Assembly (NCBI GenBank): GCA_003641405.1
Contig: QNAF01000002.1
Location: 1 to 35,109 of the forward strand
Origin: Candidatus Zixiibacteriota bacterium
GTDB lineage: Bacteria > Zixibacteria > MSB-5A5 > GN15 > FEB-12
Direction of reading: 5' to 3'
Length of the DNA stretch: 35,109 nucleotides
The notes under the pieces were generated by a model. It searched no databases and was not told the DNA's origin. It saw nothing but the letters and a program-made list of their open reading frames with translations. Numbering within the stretch: the first letter of the stretch is position 1; each line of letters begins with the position of its first letter. The position numbers and the translations under genes are program-made. Positions 25,718 through 34,396 of this stretch are shown here, in pieces.

Positions 25718-28700
25718 ATGATGTCAGAGATCAAATCGACAACCGCGCTGCAGAAGAAACTGAGATCGGTTCTACTCAGACAAAGGCTGGTTATGTTTGC
25801 AGCCGGTATGCTGGTAACAATCGCCGTTGTGCTGATGACATGGATGCTGTTGTCGCTCGCAGCCAATGTCATGGTGCTGTCGGTATGGCTGAAAGTTTCG
25901 CTTCTGGTCTCGGCAGGTCTGGTAGCTCTGTTTTTCTTTGTCAGGTTTGCTCTGGCGCGGCTGTTCGACGGCAATACGGACGCCGTGGCGGTTGCCCTGG
26001 AGCAGAAGAATCCGAGACTGAAGGGACGTCTTGTTGCGGCGGTCCAGTTTGCAAGACGTGGACGGTTTGAAGGTTTTTCCTCGGATCTGATCGAAGCCAC
26101 CCGGATTCAAGCGCTGGCGAAGGCGGGTCAAATCGATTTTGGCGACGTTGTCAGTTTTCGGGCTGTGCGGAAAACCGGCCGTCTGTTTGCCGTCGCGGCA
26201 GTTCTGGCAACGGTGATCCTGTTACTTGCCCCGGGATTCTTTGACTATGCTTTTGAAGTTTACTCCAACCCCACTACAAGGATTGCGCCCCCGATCGCCT
26301 ATGGCGTGACTCCGGTTCCGGCCTCAACCGAGTGGGTGAAGTATAGAGATATCAGAATTGGTGGCGCCATCATTGGTCAGCGATTGCCGGAGAAAGCGGT
26401 CATTTTCCATCGGCTGGCCGGAGGTTCCTGGCAGGAGACAAAGATCGACATACGCGGCCTGCAGAAAGCAGCGATTGAGTCAGGCGATTCATGCTTTTTC
26501 GGGACGACACTTCGGCAGATCAATCGGTCTTTCGACTTCTACGTAAAGGCCGGCGAAATCACAACGGCGACACAGAAGATTGACGTGGTCGACCGTCCCC
26601 GCGTCACCGGCATTAACCTTTCCGTATTCTATCCGGAATACACCGAACTTCCACCGCTCATAGTCGATGAGAACAACGGTTCGTTCGCCGCCGTCGTTGG
26701 CAGTCGAGCAACTCTGAAGATTGCAACCAACCTGCCAATAGAAAAAGCTGAACTCATATTCGACGACAGCAGCCGAACACCTCTGACCGTTGAGGGCAAA
26801 ACCGGCCAGGTGGCGCTGAATGTCGATCGGTCGCGCGCCTATCGCATAGAACTGCTGGATCACCTGGGTGAGAAGAATCCTGACCCGATTGAATACTACA
26901 TCACCGCTATCCCGGATGAGTACCCGTCAATTGACGTTCTCCGACCCGGTTTCGACGTGAATCTCAACGACGAGATGATTCTGCCGTTACTCGTTCGGAT
27001 ATTCGATGACTACGGCTTCTCGTCGCTGGTTATGAAGTTCACCGTGTTCTCACATGGCCGACCATCAGAGGAACATGTGGCCGTGCTGCATTACTCGGAC
27101 AATATCAATACACAAGGCGATGTTGAATTCAATTGGGACATGGATCGACTTAACCTGTTCCCAGGTGACTACGTGATGTACTTCTTTGAGGTCGCCGATA
27201 ACGATGTGATTTCCGGCCCCAAAGTAACAAAGACACGTCAGTATATCGCACGGCTGCCATCGCTTGATGAAATCATTGCGGAAGTAGAACAGGAGTCGAT
27301 GAGACGGATAATCAGCACAGAGGACCTTGTCAGGGCCGGTAAAGAGACAGCGCGTCGCATCAAGGAAGCAGCGCGCAAACTCGAGGCCGAATCCAAAACC
27401 AGCCGTACAGCTGACTGGCAGCAGCAGAAAGAACTGGAGTCCGTTGTCCAGAGGAACGAGGAAATGCTGAAGCAGGTCGAAAAGGCGGCGGCGGATATGC
27501 AGAAATCACTGGAGAAACTTCAGGATAATTCTCTGATGAGTCGCGAAATCATGGAGAAGCTCGCAGAGATTCAAAAACTGTTTGAGGATGTCGCTACCCC
27601 GGAAATGCGCGAAGCGCAACAGAAGCTGATGGAAGCCCTGCGGAACATGAACCAGAAGGAACTTGAAAAGGCAATGAAGGATTTTCAGATGTCTCAGGAC
27701 GAGATGCTGGAGCGTCTTGAACGAACTCTTGCACTTCTCAAGCGAATGCAGGCCATGCAGAAGATGGAAGCAATGATCCGCAAGGCCGAGGAGATAACAA
27801 AGCAACAGGCCAAGATGAACGAGCAGGCCGAGGCCTCTGACAAAGAGTCACTGCCGAATCTGAGCGAGGCGGAAGATGAGAACCGCGAAGCCCTCGAAGA
27901 GTTGAAAAAGGAAGTGAGTGAGCTTCAGGAACTGATGAAGCAGGCCGGGATGGAAGAAGAGGCGGAAGCGCAGAAATTTACCGAGGCCCTGGAGAAAACG
28001 GACGCCGAGCAGAATATGCAGCAGATGTCCGGAGCCATGCAGAAGCAGCAAAAGCAGCAGGCAGGGAGCCAGGGAAAGAAAGCCCATTCCAAGCTGTTAC
28101 AGATGTTAGACCAGATGCAGCAGGCGCAGATGGCCATGTCTGGAGGGCTCAGCAAGGAGATGGAGTTAGCTATGCGTCGAGCCATTGATCACGCCAATAA
28201 CCTTTCGCAGGATCAGGAAGACCTGCTGCGCGAGGCGCAGGCAATCGATCCGCGCTCAGTTGTTATCAGGGATCTGGCCGCTAGTCAGCAGGATCTGGCA
28301 GAGGCCTGTACCGGTCTGCAGAAGAGTGTAACGGACATGGCAAACAAAAATCCGTTTGTAGCCGGTGATCTCAAGAATCTGGTAGATAAGGCGATCAGCA
28401 ACATGGAAATGGCTACGCAAGCGTGTGATTCCAAAACAGGTTCACGAGCTTGCGCTTATCAGCGTGAGGCCATGTTCTATCTGAACCGAGCCGCGATAAG
28501 ACTTATGGAGTCGCTTGATCAACAGCAGCAATGCAAAAACGGTGGCAACTGTAACAAAGGTATGGCAAAGCTTGAGTCAATGTGCCGCAAGCAGGGACAG
28601 CTCAACAAACAGACTCAGGGCCAGTGCAATAACCCGGGTTCCTGTTCGGAAGGTAGTCGGCCGCGTCCGGGAGAGGAAGGACAAGGCCAGCCGGGACAGG

Positions 28701-29173
28701 GCCAGCAGGGACAAGGCCTGAGGCGCCTTGCTGGAGAACAGGGTGCGATTCGGAAGTCCATGGAGGAACTTGAACGGGAGTTTGGAGGTTCAAGGCAGAT
28801 TCTGGGCCGGTTGTCAGACATCAGCCGTGAAATGAAGGAAGTAGAGGAAGCACTGGCCAGTGGTGAAGTCGGCCCTGAGACGCTTGATCGTCAACTTAGA
28901 ATATACTCTCGCATGCTTGAGGCTGCTCGTTCGCTTCAACGCAAGGATTTCACCGAGAAGCGTCAGGCCGCGTCAGCTAGTGAACAACCAATCTACCTGC
29001 CGCAGGGGCTGTCAGAGAACTTCCTGGATGAGACTATCGACCTTGAGGACAGACTTCGCCGTTTCCTGGGCGATGACTACCCGCCGCAGTACGAAGAGCA
29101 GATAAAGGCATATTTCAAGGCACTTCTCAACACCGAGACTGAAATGCGCACACAGCCAGAGGTGACTCCATGA
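25718..29173 (+). CDS. 1151-aa membrane-anchored protein of unknown function: 3 N-terminal TM helices, beta-rich domain, long Met/Gln/Glu/Lys coiled coil, Cys cluster, Gly/Gln repeats (DUF4175-like architecture)
   Basis: A single uninterrupted ORF with AAGGA upstream. The TM segments are encoded at about 25780-25960 and 26176-26235. A conserved-looking block EYYITAIPDEYPSIDVLRPG...FDDYGF...FFEVADND is present. The coiled coil is at about 27270-28150. The QQQCKNGGNCNKG...CNNPGSC and GQGQPGQGQQGQG tail is at about 28520-28720. Confidence 0.8.
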   Translation: MMSEIKSTTALQKKLRSVLLRQRLVMFAAGMLVTIAVVLMTWMLLSLAANVMVLSVWLKVSLLVSAGLVALFFFVRFALARLFDGNTDAVAVALEQKNPRLKGRLVAAVQFARRGRFEGFSSDLIEATRIQALAKAGQIDFGDVVSFRAVRKTGRLFAVAAVLATVILLLAPGFFDYAFEVYSNPTTRIAPPIAYGVTPVPASTEWVKYRDIRIGGAIIGQRLPEKAVIFHRLAGGSWQETKIDIRGLQKAAIESGDSCFFGTTLRQINRSFDFYVKAGEITTATQKIDVVDRPRVTGINLSVFYPEYTELPPLIVDENNGSFAAVVGSRATLKIATNLPIEKAELIFDDSSRTPLTVEGKTGQVALNVDRSRAYRIELLDHLGEKNPDPIEYYITAIPDEYPSIDVLRPGFDVNLNDEMILPLLVRIFDDYGFSSLVMKFTVFSHGRPSEEHVAVLHYSDNINTQGDVEFNWDMDRLNLFPGDYVMYFFEVADNDVISGPKVTKTRQYIARLPSLDEIIAEVEQESMRRIISTEDLVRAGKETARRIKEAARKLEAESKTSRTADWQQQKELESVVQRNEEMLKQVEKAAADMQKSLEKLQDNSLMSREIMEKLAEIQKLFEDVATPEMREAQQKLMEALRNMNQKELEKAMKDFQMSQDEMLERLERTLALLKRMQAMQKMEAMIRKAEEITKQQAKMNEQAEASDKESLPNLSEAEDENREALEELKKEVSELQELMKQAGMEEEAEAQKFTEALEKTDAEQNMQQMSGAMQKQQKQQAGSQGKKAHSKLLQMLDQMQQAQMAMSGGLSKEMELAMRRAIDHANNLSQDQEDLLREAQAIDPRSVVIRDLAASQQDLAEACTGLQKSVTDMANKNPFVAGDLKNLVDKAISNMEMATQACDSKTGSRACAYQREAMFYLNRAAIRLMESLDQQQQCKNGGNCNKGMAKLESMCRKQGQLNKQTQGQCNNPGSCSEGSRPRPGEEGQGQPGQGQQGQGLRRLAGEQGAIRKSMEELEREFGGSRQILGRLSDISREMKEVEEALASGEVGPETLDRQLRIYSRMLEAARSLQRKDFTEKRQAASASEQPIYLPQGLSENFLDETIDLEDRLRRFLGDDYPPQYEEQIKAYFKALLNTETEMRTQPEVTP

Positions 29174-31023
29174 AGAGACAGACCGTTATGTGTTTCTTTC
29201 TGATCTGTCTCATGATGGTAGCTGCCGGAGCCGGCACTGCTTTGGCTCAGTCGATCCAGCCAGACAAAAAAGAGCCGAGGATTATCCGTCTTCTCCCTCA
29301 GGAGGACCAGGAGGTCGGGCTAGCGCGTCGGCTTATGAGTGCCGGTAATTTCCAGGGAGCCGCCGACGTACTGGAAGTAACCTGCCAGAAAGATCCTGAT
29401 GACCGGCTCGCGCACAATCTTCTGAAGAACTGCTATGATTTTCTCAAACAGTTCGAGAAAGCAGAGCTCCTGATCAGAAGTGCCCTGGAGAGAAACCCTG
29501 ATTCGTTTGGTGACTGGATAGCCCTGGGGGAAGTGCTCATCAAGGCGGGAAAAAACGACGAGGGAGCGAAAGCTTTCGATGAAGTTGTTCGTCTTGCATG
29601 GATAGGCAACGATTCCCGCAGGCTTGCGGCGATTCGGAGCCTGATCGCAAGTGGGTTTGATGACAGGGCGCTTCAACTGATTCAGGACGCGAGGCAGAAA
29701 AGCGAAAATTCGACGCTGTTCGCAACGGAACGTGGGACGGTGCTCGAAGGTCAGATGAAGTACCTGGAAGCTCTGGAAGAATATATGTCACTCCTGTCCG
29801 GTGAAAACAGTTCGGAGGCGGTGCAGGCTGAGAAGAAGCTATTAGCTCTTCTGGAGTTTGAGCAGTCGGCAGAGGAAGTCGAGGCCGCTCTGGTTGCCCT
29901 GGCAGATAGCTTATCAAGCGAGAGAGTGCTGAGCCTGCTGATGAACCACTGTATCAAGGTCGGTCGATTTGAAGACGCTTTCACCTTCGCCGTTCGACAG
30001 GATTCAGTCTCCAGTCGCAAAGCGGCCCCCCTGCTGGATTTCATGCGTCGATGCGAGGAACGAAAGCTCTGGGACGAAGTGCCCAGGGTGGCTGAATATG
30101 TTGTGTCACGGTACGGGGGCGATGTCTCGGTGGAAGTACCAACAATGTTCCGATATGCCTATGCCCTTGCTCAACTGGGTCGGGCAGAAGATGCAATCTC
30201 TGCCTACGAGAGACTACATGACAAGTGTGAGCGTAATCAGGAGAAAGCCGAGGCGCTGTATAGTATCGGGGCAGTCCACTTGGATCTGCTTGGCGATGTT
30301 GAGACTGCGCTGAGCTATTTTGATTCCATTGTCACTAATTATCCCGTGGGATCTGCCTATGTCAATTCCCGTATTGCCATTCCCCGATGTCATCTCAGGG
30401 CTGGCCGGCTTGATCAGGCTCGTGCCGAGTTCGAAGGTCTCGGCAAGTTCAAGCTGGGCGAGGATCTCACTGAAGAAATCAGCTACTACCTGGGGATGGT
30501 GAGGTTTTTCCACAAGAGCTACGATTCCTCTGTGGTGGCCTTCCGCAAGCTGATGGTAGACTATCCGCGTGGATATTACGTCAATGATGCTCTTCAGATG
30601 GTACTACTGATCGGTGAAGGAAAACAGGACGATACCGCTCTGTACGATCTCTCAAGTGCCATGTTTTTCGAGATGCGGAAGATGCCGGACAGCGCCAGGG
30701 CGAGACTGCAGACTATTGCAGAAAGTGATGGCGGGGTGCTGGCTGATGTGGCTCTGTTCAGATTGGCGAATCTCGAGATCGAGCAATCGAATTCAACTGC
30801 TGCCCTGAGCGCAATTGAGCAATTGATAGCGAATTTTCCGGATTCCTACTACACACCTTACGGCTTGAAAACAAAGGCAGACATGCTTCTGAAGACTGAC
30901 GTGGGAACTATCGAAGCGGGGCAGATATATCGCCTTCTGCTGGAAACATATCCCGATTATCCGTTTGCCAGTGAGATACGGCAGAAGCTGCGCGAGTTGG
31001 AGCTTGAGCAGACGATCGGTTAG
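29170..31023 (+). CDS. Secreted tetratricopeptide-repeat (TPR) protein
   Basis: Signal peptide MKRQTVMCFFLICLMMVAAGAGTALAQS, followed by helical repeat sequence with TPR-like A/Y/L periodicity throughout. The ATG overlaps the stop of the upstream giant gene (ATGA at 29170-29173). Confidence 0.8.
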   Translation: MKRQTVMCFFLICLMMVAAGAGTALAQSIQPDKKEPRIIRLLPQEDQEVGLARRLMSAGNFQGAADVLEVTCQKDPDDRLAHNLLKNCYDFLKQFEKAELLIRSALERNPDSFGDWIALGEVLIKAGKNDEGAKAFDEVVRLAWIGNDSRRLAAIRSLIASGFDDRALQLIQDARQKSENSTLFATERGTVLEGQMKYLEALEEYMSLLSGENSSEAVQAEKKLLALLEFEQSAEEVEAALVALADSLSSERVLSLLMNHCIKVGRFEDAFTFAVRQDSVSSRKAAPLLDFMRRCEERKLWDEVPRVAEYVVSRYGGDVSVEVPTMFRYAYALAQLGRAEDAISAYERLHDKCERNQEKAEALYSIGAVHLDLLGDVETALSYFDSIVTNYPVGSAYVNSRIAIPRCHLRAGRLDQARAEFEGLGKFKLGEDLTEEISYYLGMVRFFHKSYDSSVVAFRKLMVDYPRGYYVNDALQMVLLIGEGKQDDTALYDLSSAMFFEMRKMPDSARARLQTIAESDGGVLADVALFRLANLEIEQSNSTAALSAIEQLIANFPDSYYTPYGLKTKADMLLKTDVGTIEAGQIYRLLLETYPDYPFASEIRQKLRELELEQTIG

Positions 31024-31268
31024 TAGTCAGCGAGTTTTTCCCGGCCCTCTTTCAGGGAGCGTATTTCCCGCTCCAGTACGAATATCTTGTCCTGGTATTT
31101 CTCTAATTTCTGCTCTTTGGACTTTGTGCTGGTCCTGACAAAAAGCGCCAGTGAGATCAGCATAAACAGCACAGAATTGACTTGCCGAAAAACCTCACCC
31201 ATATTCAAAACCGAATCAACAAAGGCAAAAATTGCCAGTGCAAACAGTACTCCGCACCAGATCAGCAT
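31020..31268 (-). CDS. Small 2-TM membrane protein with coiled-coil tail (LapA/DUF1049-like topology)
   Basis: The ORF track starts at a TTG (31283), but that codon and the next two spell an AGGAGG SD (31280-31275) placed 6 nt before the ATG at 31268. I therefore call the 82-aa form MLIWCGVLFALAIFAFV...VNSVLFMLISLALFV...KEQKLEKYQDKIFVLEREIRSLKEGREKL. The family assignment is tentative. Confidence 0.55.
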   Translation of the reverse strand: MLIWCGVLFALAIFAFVDSVLNMGEVFRQVNSVLFMLISLALFVRTSTKSKEQKLEKYQDKIFVLEREIRSLKEGREKLADY

Positions 31269-31326
31269 GAGCGACCTCCTCAAAACAAGATTAATCCTCT
31301 CTACCCGTGACGTAGTAAGATTACTG

Positions 31327-31354
31327 TTGGCTTCGAGACCTCAGTTGCTATATT
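31327..31354 (+). promoter_or_regulatory. Candidate sigma70 promoter (-35 TTGGCT, 16-bp spacer, -10 TATATT) for the DUF2723 gene
   Basis: TTGGCT is at 31327-31332 and TATATT at 31349-31354, about 70 nt upstream of the start at 31426. Confidence 0.4.
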
Positions 31355-31425
31355 TGCTTCGTCTGTCACAGGCAGCGTCTACAGAGTGTATCGACTGTCT
31401 GGCCGGTTCTGTTTAGGAGGATGTT

Positions 31426-34185
31426 TTGACCGATTTTTCCACAGGTAATGGCGGGTCTTTTGACCGCACCAACGCTTTTCTGGCGGCCTTGGTCTTTGTT
31501 ATCTCATTCGTAGTTTATGCCCTGACAGTGCAACAATCGTTCTCCTTCTGGGATTGCGGTGAGTTCATTGCCTGTGCCTATACGATGGGGATTCCTCATC
31601 CGCCCGGAACACCGCTTCTAATGCTCCTGGGGCGGGTCTTTGCTCTGGTCCCGTTTGTTGAAGATATTTCTCACCGCATAAACTACCTTTCGGTGATTTC
31701 CTCCGCGCTGACTGCGATGTTCAGCTATCTTCTCGCCGTCAAAATGATCCGCCATTTCTTCTCTCGCGGTGATGACAATCCGCTGAACCGGCTGATTGCC
31801 TATTTTGGTGGTCTGACCGGAAGTTTTTTCGTTGCCTTCTCGTGTACCAACTGGGCGAATTCAGTGGAAGCGGAGGCTTACGGTCTGGCGCTGGCTCTTT
31901 CGGTGGCAATTGTCTGGTTGACCTTCAGATATGTGGAACAACGGGGGACACCACAGGCAGCCATGACTATGGTGCTGGCGATGTATCTTGCCATGGTTGG
32001 TCTCGGCATACATATGACGGTATTCCTCGTGGTCCCTGTCTGCGCCATTTTCTTCGTACTGAAAAAGGAAGCCGTTGCCAGGGATTACTTGATGGTCTGT
32101 GCCTTTGCGGTGATAGAGCTGCTTCTGATAATCCTGTTTGCCAACGGGCGTGGCGGTTCACCGATATTCATGCTTGTTTCACTGATTCTCGGTGCTGTTC
32201 TGTTGTTCATGCTGTATCGCAAGATCCACTGGGGGATTGTCATCGCTCTGGCAGTGTGCTCGTCGGTAATGATATCTTTCAGCCTTTACTTCAAATTGCT
32301 GCCAGTGGGTATAGTCGCGCTCGTAGTGTTGGGGGCGGTGGCCAAAAGCCGTGGTTGGAGTATTCAGTGGAAAACGGCCCTTGTCATTCTACTGGTCGGC
32401 TTCATTGGTTTCTCCACGCATTTCTATATCCCGATAAGGTCCAGTCTCAGTCCCCGTATCGACGAGAACAACCCGTCGCGGGACTGGCAGACTTTTGTCA
32501 GTTTTCTTGATCGACAGCAGTATGGTCAGCAGTCGATGGTCGACCGCATGTTCATCAGGCGTGGTAGCTGGTCAAATCAATTTGGTCGTCACCCTCACAT
32601 GGGTTTCTGGTCGTATTTCGAAGAACAGTATTCGCGTGGTGGCTGGCTCTTCGTGCCATTTTTCGCTCTGGGATTGATAGGTATGGCAGTAGCCATCAGG
32701 AAGAGGCAGGAGTTGGGCATACCGTTCTTCACTCTCTTCATCCTATGTTCCGTGGGGCTGGTACTCTATATGAATTTTGCGGATGGAACCAAGTACACGC
32801 CTGAGGGCGGTGCCTATCTCGAAGTAAGGGATCGAGATTATTTCTTCACGCCCGCTTTTGTCTTCTTCGGTATAGCCATGGGGCTGGGCATCGCGGGCAT
32901 TATGCAGTACGTCAAGGACAAGTTCGCTCTCTCCGATCCCGGCAGGCAGCGCAACCTGGTCTATCTGATGTCTGTGCTCGTGCTGCTTCCGGGAATCTCG
33001 CTGGGAAAGAACTATCACATCAATGATCGTTCCAAGAATATACTCCCGTATCTATACGCCAAGAACCTTCTGGACACGTGTGAGGAAAACGCCATAATCT
33101 TCACATCAGGAGACAATGATACTTTCCCGCTGTGGTGCCTTCAGGAAGTATATGACTATCGCAAAGACGTGAGGGTTGTCTGCCTTTCGCTGCTTGATAC
33201 GGACTGGTATGTCGCACAGATGAAGAATCGCTATGACGTTCCCATTTCTCTAACAGACAAGCAGATTCTCTGGTATCCGATGACCTATGATAACGGCGTT
33301 GAGATAAGACAACCGAAAAAGCCGTTCAATGACCGGCCGAGAGGAAGGAAGGCATATCTACAAGCCTCCATGGTCGGCGACAATGTTGTCCGGGTGCAGC
33401 ACATGATTGTTGATGAAATAGTCATCGAGAACAAATGGGAGGTCCCGATCTATTTCAGTTCCCCACCGTACGCGGAGTCACCACTGCGACTCCGTGAGTT
33501 CGCCATGCACTGCGGTCAGGTCTTCCGACTTGATCGAGAGCCTTCGCAGAATCTGGTTGACGTTGAGAAGGGATATGACCTGTTTATGAACGTCTATCGC
33601 TTCGACGGGTTCGAGAACTCGGACGTCTACCGCAATGAAAATGCAACAGGTGTGTTTCTTGGATTGGGTATGTCGTCTATTCGCATTTACGATGCCCTGA
33701 TAGCACAGGGAGATCGTGACCGGGCAGTTGCACTGATGGAGCGATTGAGGGAGGTCTACCCCGAGTACTGGCAACCGACAGCCGTGCTTGCAGACCTGTA
33801 TATGAGCGAGGGTGACTCGGTGCGATCACTCGAAGTACTTCAACAGGCCCACGACACGCTGGAAGCGTTCCTGGCCAGTAACCTGGAGAACCTGTACTAC
33901 CGACAGGACCTCGGAACGATTAAGATTGAAATTGGCCGGATCACTGGCGACCAGAAGATGTCCGATGAGGGGGTGAATCTGATATGGGAGGCGTTCGATG
34001 CGAATCGCAACAGCGGATATGCTTTCAATCGAATGGTATCAGTGCTTGCCAATGCCGGACGCCTGACAGACCTTCAACGTGTGGCACGCCAGCACGCTGA
34101 GTACAGAATTAACCTGAGAGATTCCAGACTGCAGCGCATTCTGGGGATGGGTATTTCCACCCCGCCACCAACGCCCGGGTTTTGA
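31426..34185 (+). CDS. DUF2723 (TMEM260-like, GT-C fold) putative glycosyltransferase with C-terminal TPR-like domain
   Basis: SFWDCGEFIACAYTMGIPHPPGTPL in the first extracytoplasmic loop is the DUF2723 hallmark. There are about 11 TM helices, then a soluble half ending in TPR-like repeats. The TTG start at 31426 has AGGAGG 5 nt upstream. Confidence 0.85.
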   Translation: MTDFSTGNGGSFDRTNAFLAALVFVISFVVYALTVQQSFSFWDCGEFIACAYTMGIPHPPGTPLLMLLGRVFALVPFVEDISHRINYLSVISSALTAMFSYLLAVKMIRHFFSRGDDNPLNRLIAYFGGLTGSFFVAFSCTNWANSVEAEAYGLALALSVAIVWLTFRYVEQRGTPQAAMTMVLAMYLAMVGLGIHMTVFLVVPVCAIFFVLKKEAVARDYLMVCAFAVIELLLIILFANGRGGSPIFMLVSLILGAVLLFMLYRKIHWGIVIALAVCSSVMISFSLYFKLLPVGIVALVVLGAVAKSRGWSIQWKTALVILLVGFIGFSTHFYIPIRSSLSPRIDENNPSRDWQTFVSFLDRQQYGQQSMVDRMFIRRGSWSNQFGRHPHMGFWSYFEEQYSRGGWLFVPFFALGLIGMAVAIRKRQELGIPFFTLFILCSVGLVLYMNFADGTKYTPEGGAYLEVRDRDYFFTPAFVFFGIAMGLGIAGIMQYVKDKFALSDPGRQRNLVYLMSVLVLLPGISLGKNYHINDRSKNILPYLYAKNLLDTCEENAIIFTSGDNDTFPLWCLQEVYDYRKDVRVVCLSLLDTDWYVAQMKNRYDVPISLTDKQILWYPMTYDNGVEIRQPKKPFNDRPRGRKAYLQASMVGDNVVRVQHMIVDEIVIENKWEVPIYFSSPPYAESPLRLREFAMHCGQVFRLDREPSQNLVDVEKGYDLFMNVYRFDGFENSDVYRNENATGVFLGLGMSSIRIYDALIAQGDRDRAVALMERLREVYPEYWQPTAVLADLYMSEGDSVRSLEVLQQAHDTLEAFLASNLENLYYRQDLGTIKIEIGRITGDQKMSDEGVNLIWEAFDANRNSGYAFNRMVSVLANAGRLTDLQRVARQHAEYRINLRDSRLQRILGMGISTPPPTPGF

Positions 34186-34212
34186 TGACAGGGATTATAT
34201 AGAAAGTCAATT

Positions 34213-34248
34213 ACACGCCTCCGATGTTCGGGGGCGTGTTGCATTTTC
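34213..34248 (+). terminator. Rho-independent terminator after the DUF2723 gene
   Basis: An 11-bp stem ACACGCCTCCG (34213-34223) pairs with CGGGGGCGTGT (34229-34239), with one G-U pair and a 5-nt loop. It is followed by TGCATTTT. Confidence 0.7.
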
Positions 34249-34339
34249 CCGTGTCCGGCAGATGTCCACATCTGCTGGATGACGCAGCACACGTGGGCGT
34301 GTGCGGGGTAAGACCATTCACCACTTGACAACTCATTGA

Positions 34340-34348
34340 GGGGGGGGG
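34340..34348 (+). repeat. G9 homopolymer tract in the upstream region of the lipoprotein gene
   Basis: Nine consecutive G (last base of block 34331-34340 plus eight in the next block). The tract lies 49 nt upstream of the ATG at 34397 and 10 nt downstream of a TTGACA hexamer (34325-34330). Confidence 0.9.
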
Positions 34349-34396
34349 TAGTTACAAGCACTAACATGTGGTCGATTTGACCACGGGGAGTTTGAT

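Noticed and set aside
25576-26100. 174-aa minus-strand ORF overlapping the 5' end of the giant gene
   Set aside because: It is an antisense, Ser/Arg/Thr/Ala-rich artefact. The plus-strand frame encodes coherent TM helices.
31842-32510. 222-aa alternative-frame ORF within the DUF2723 gene (same strand)
   Set aside because: It is Gly/Cys/Arg/Ser-rich out-of-frame read-through of a TM-rich gene. There is no SD, and the overlapping frame carries the recognisable family motifs.
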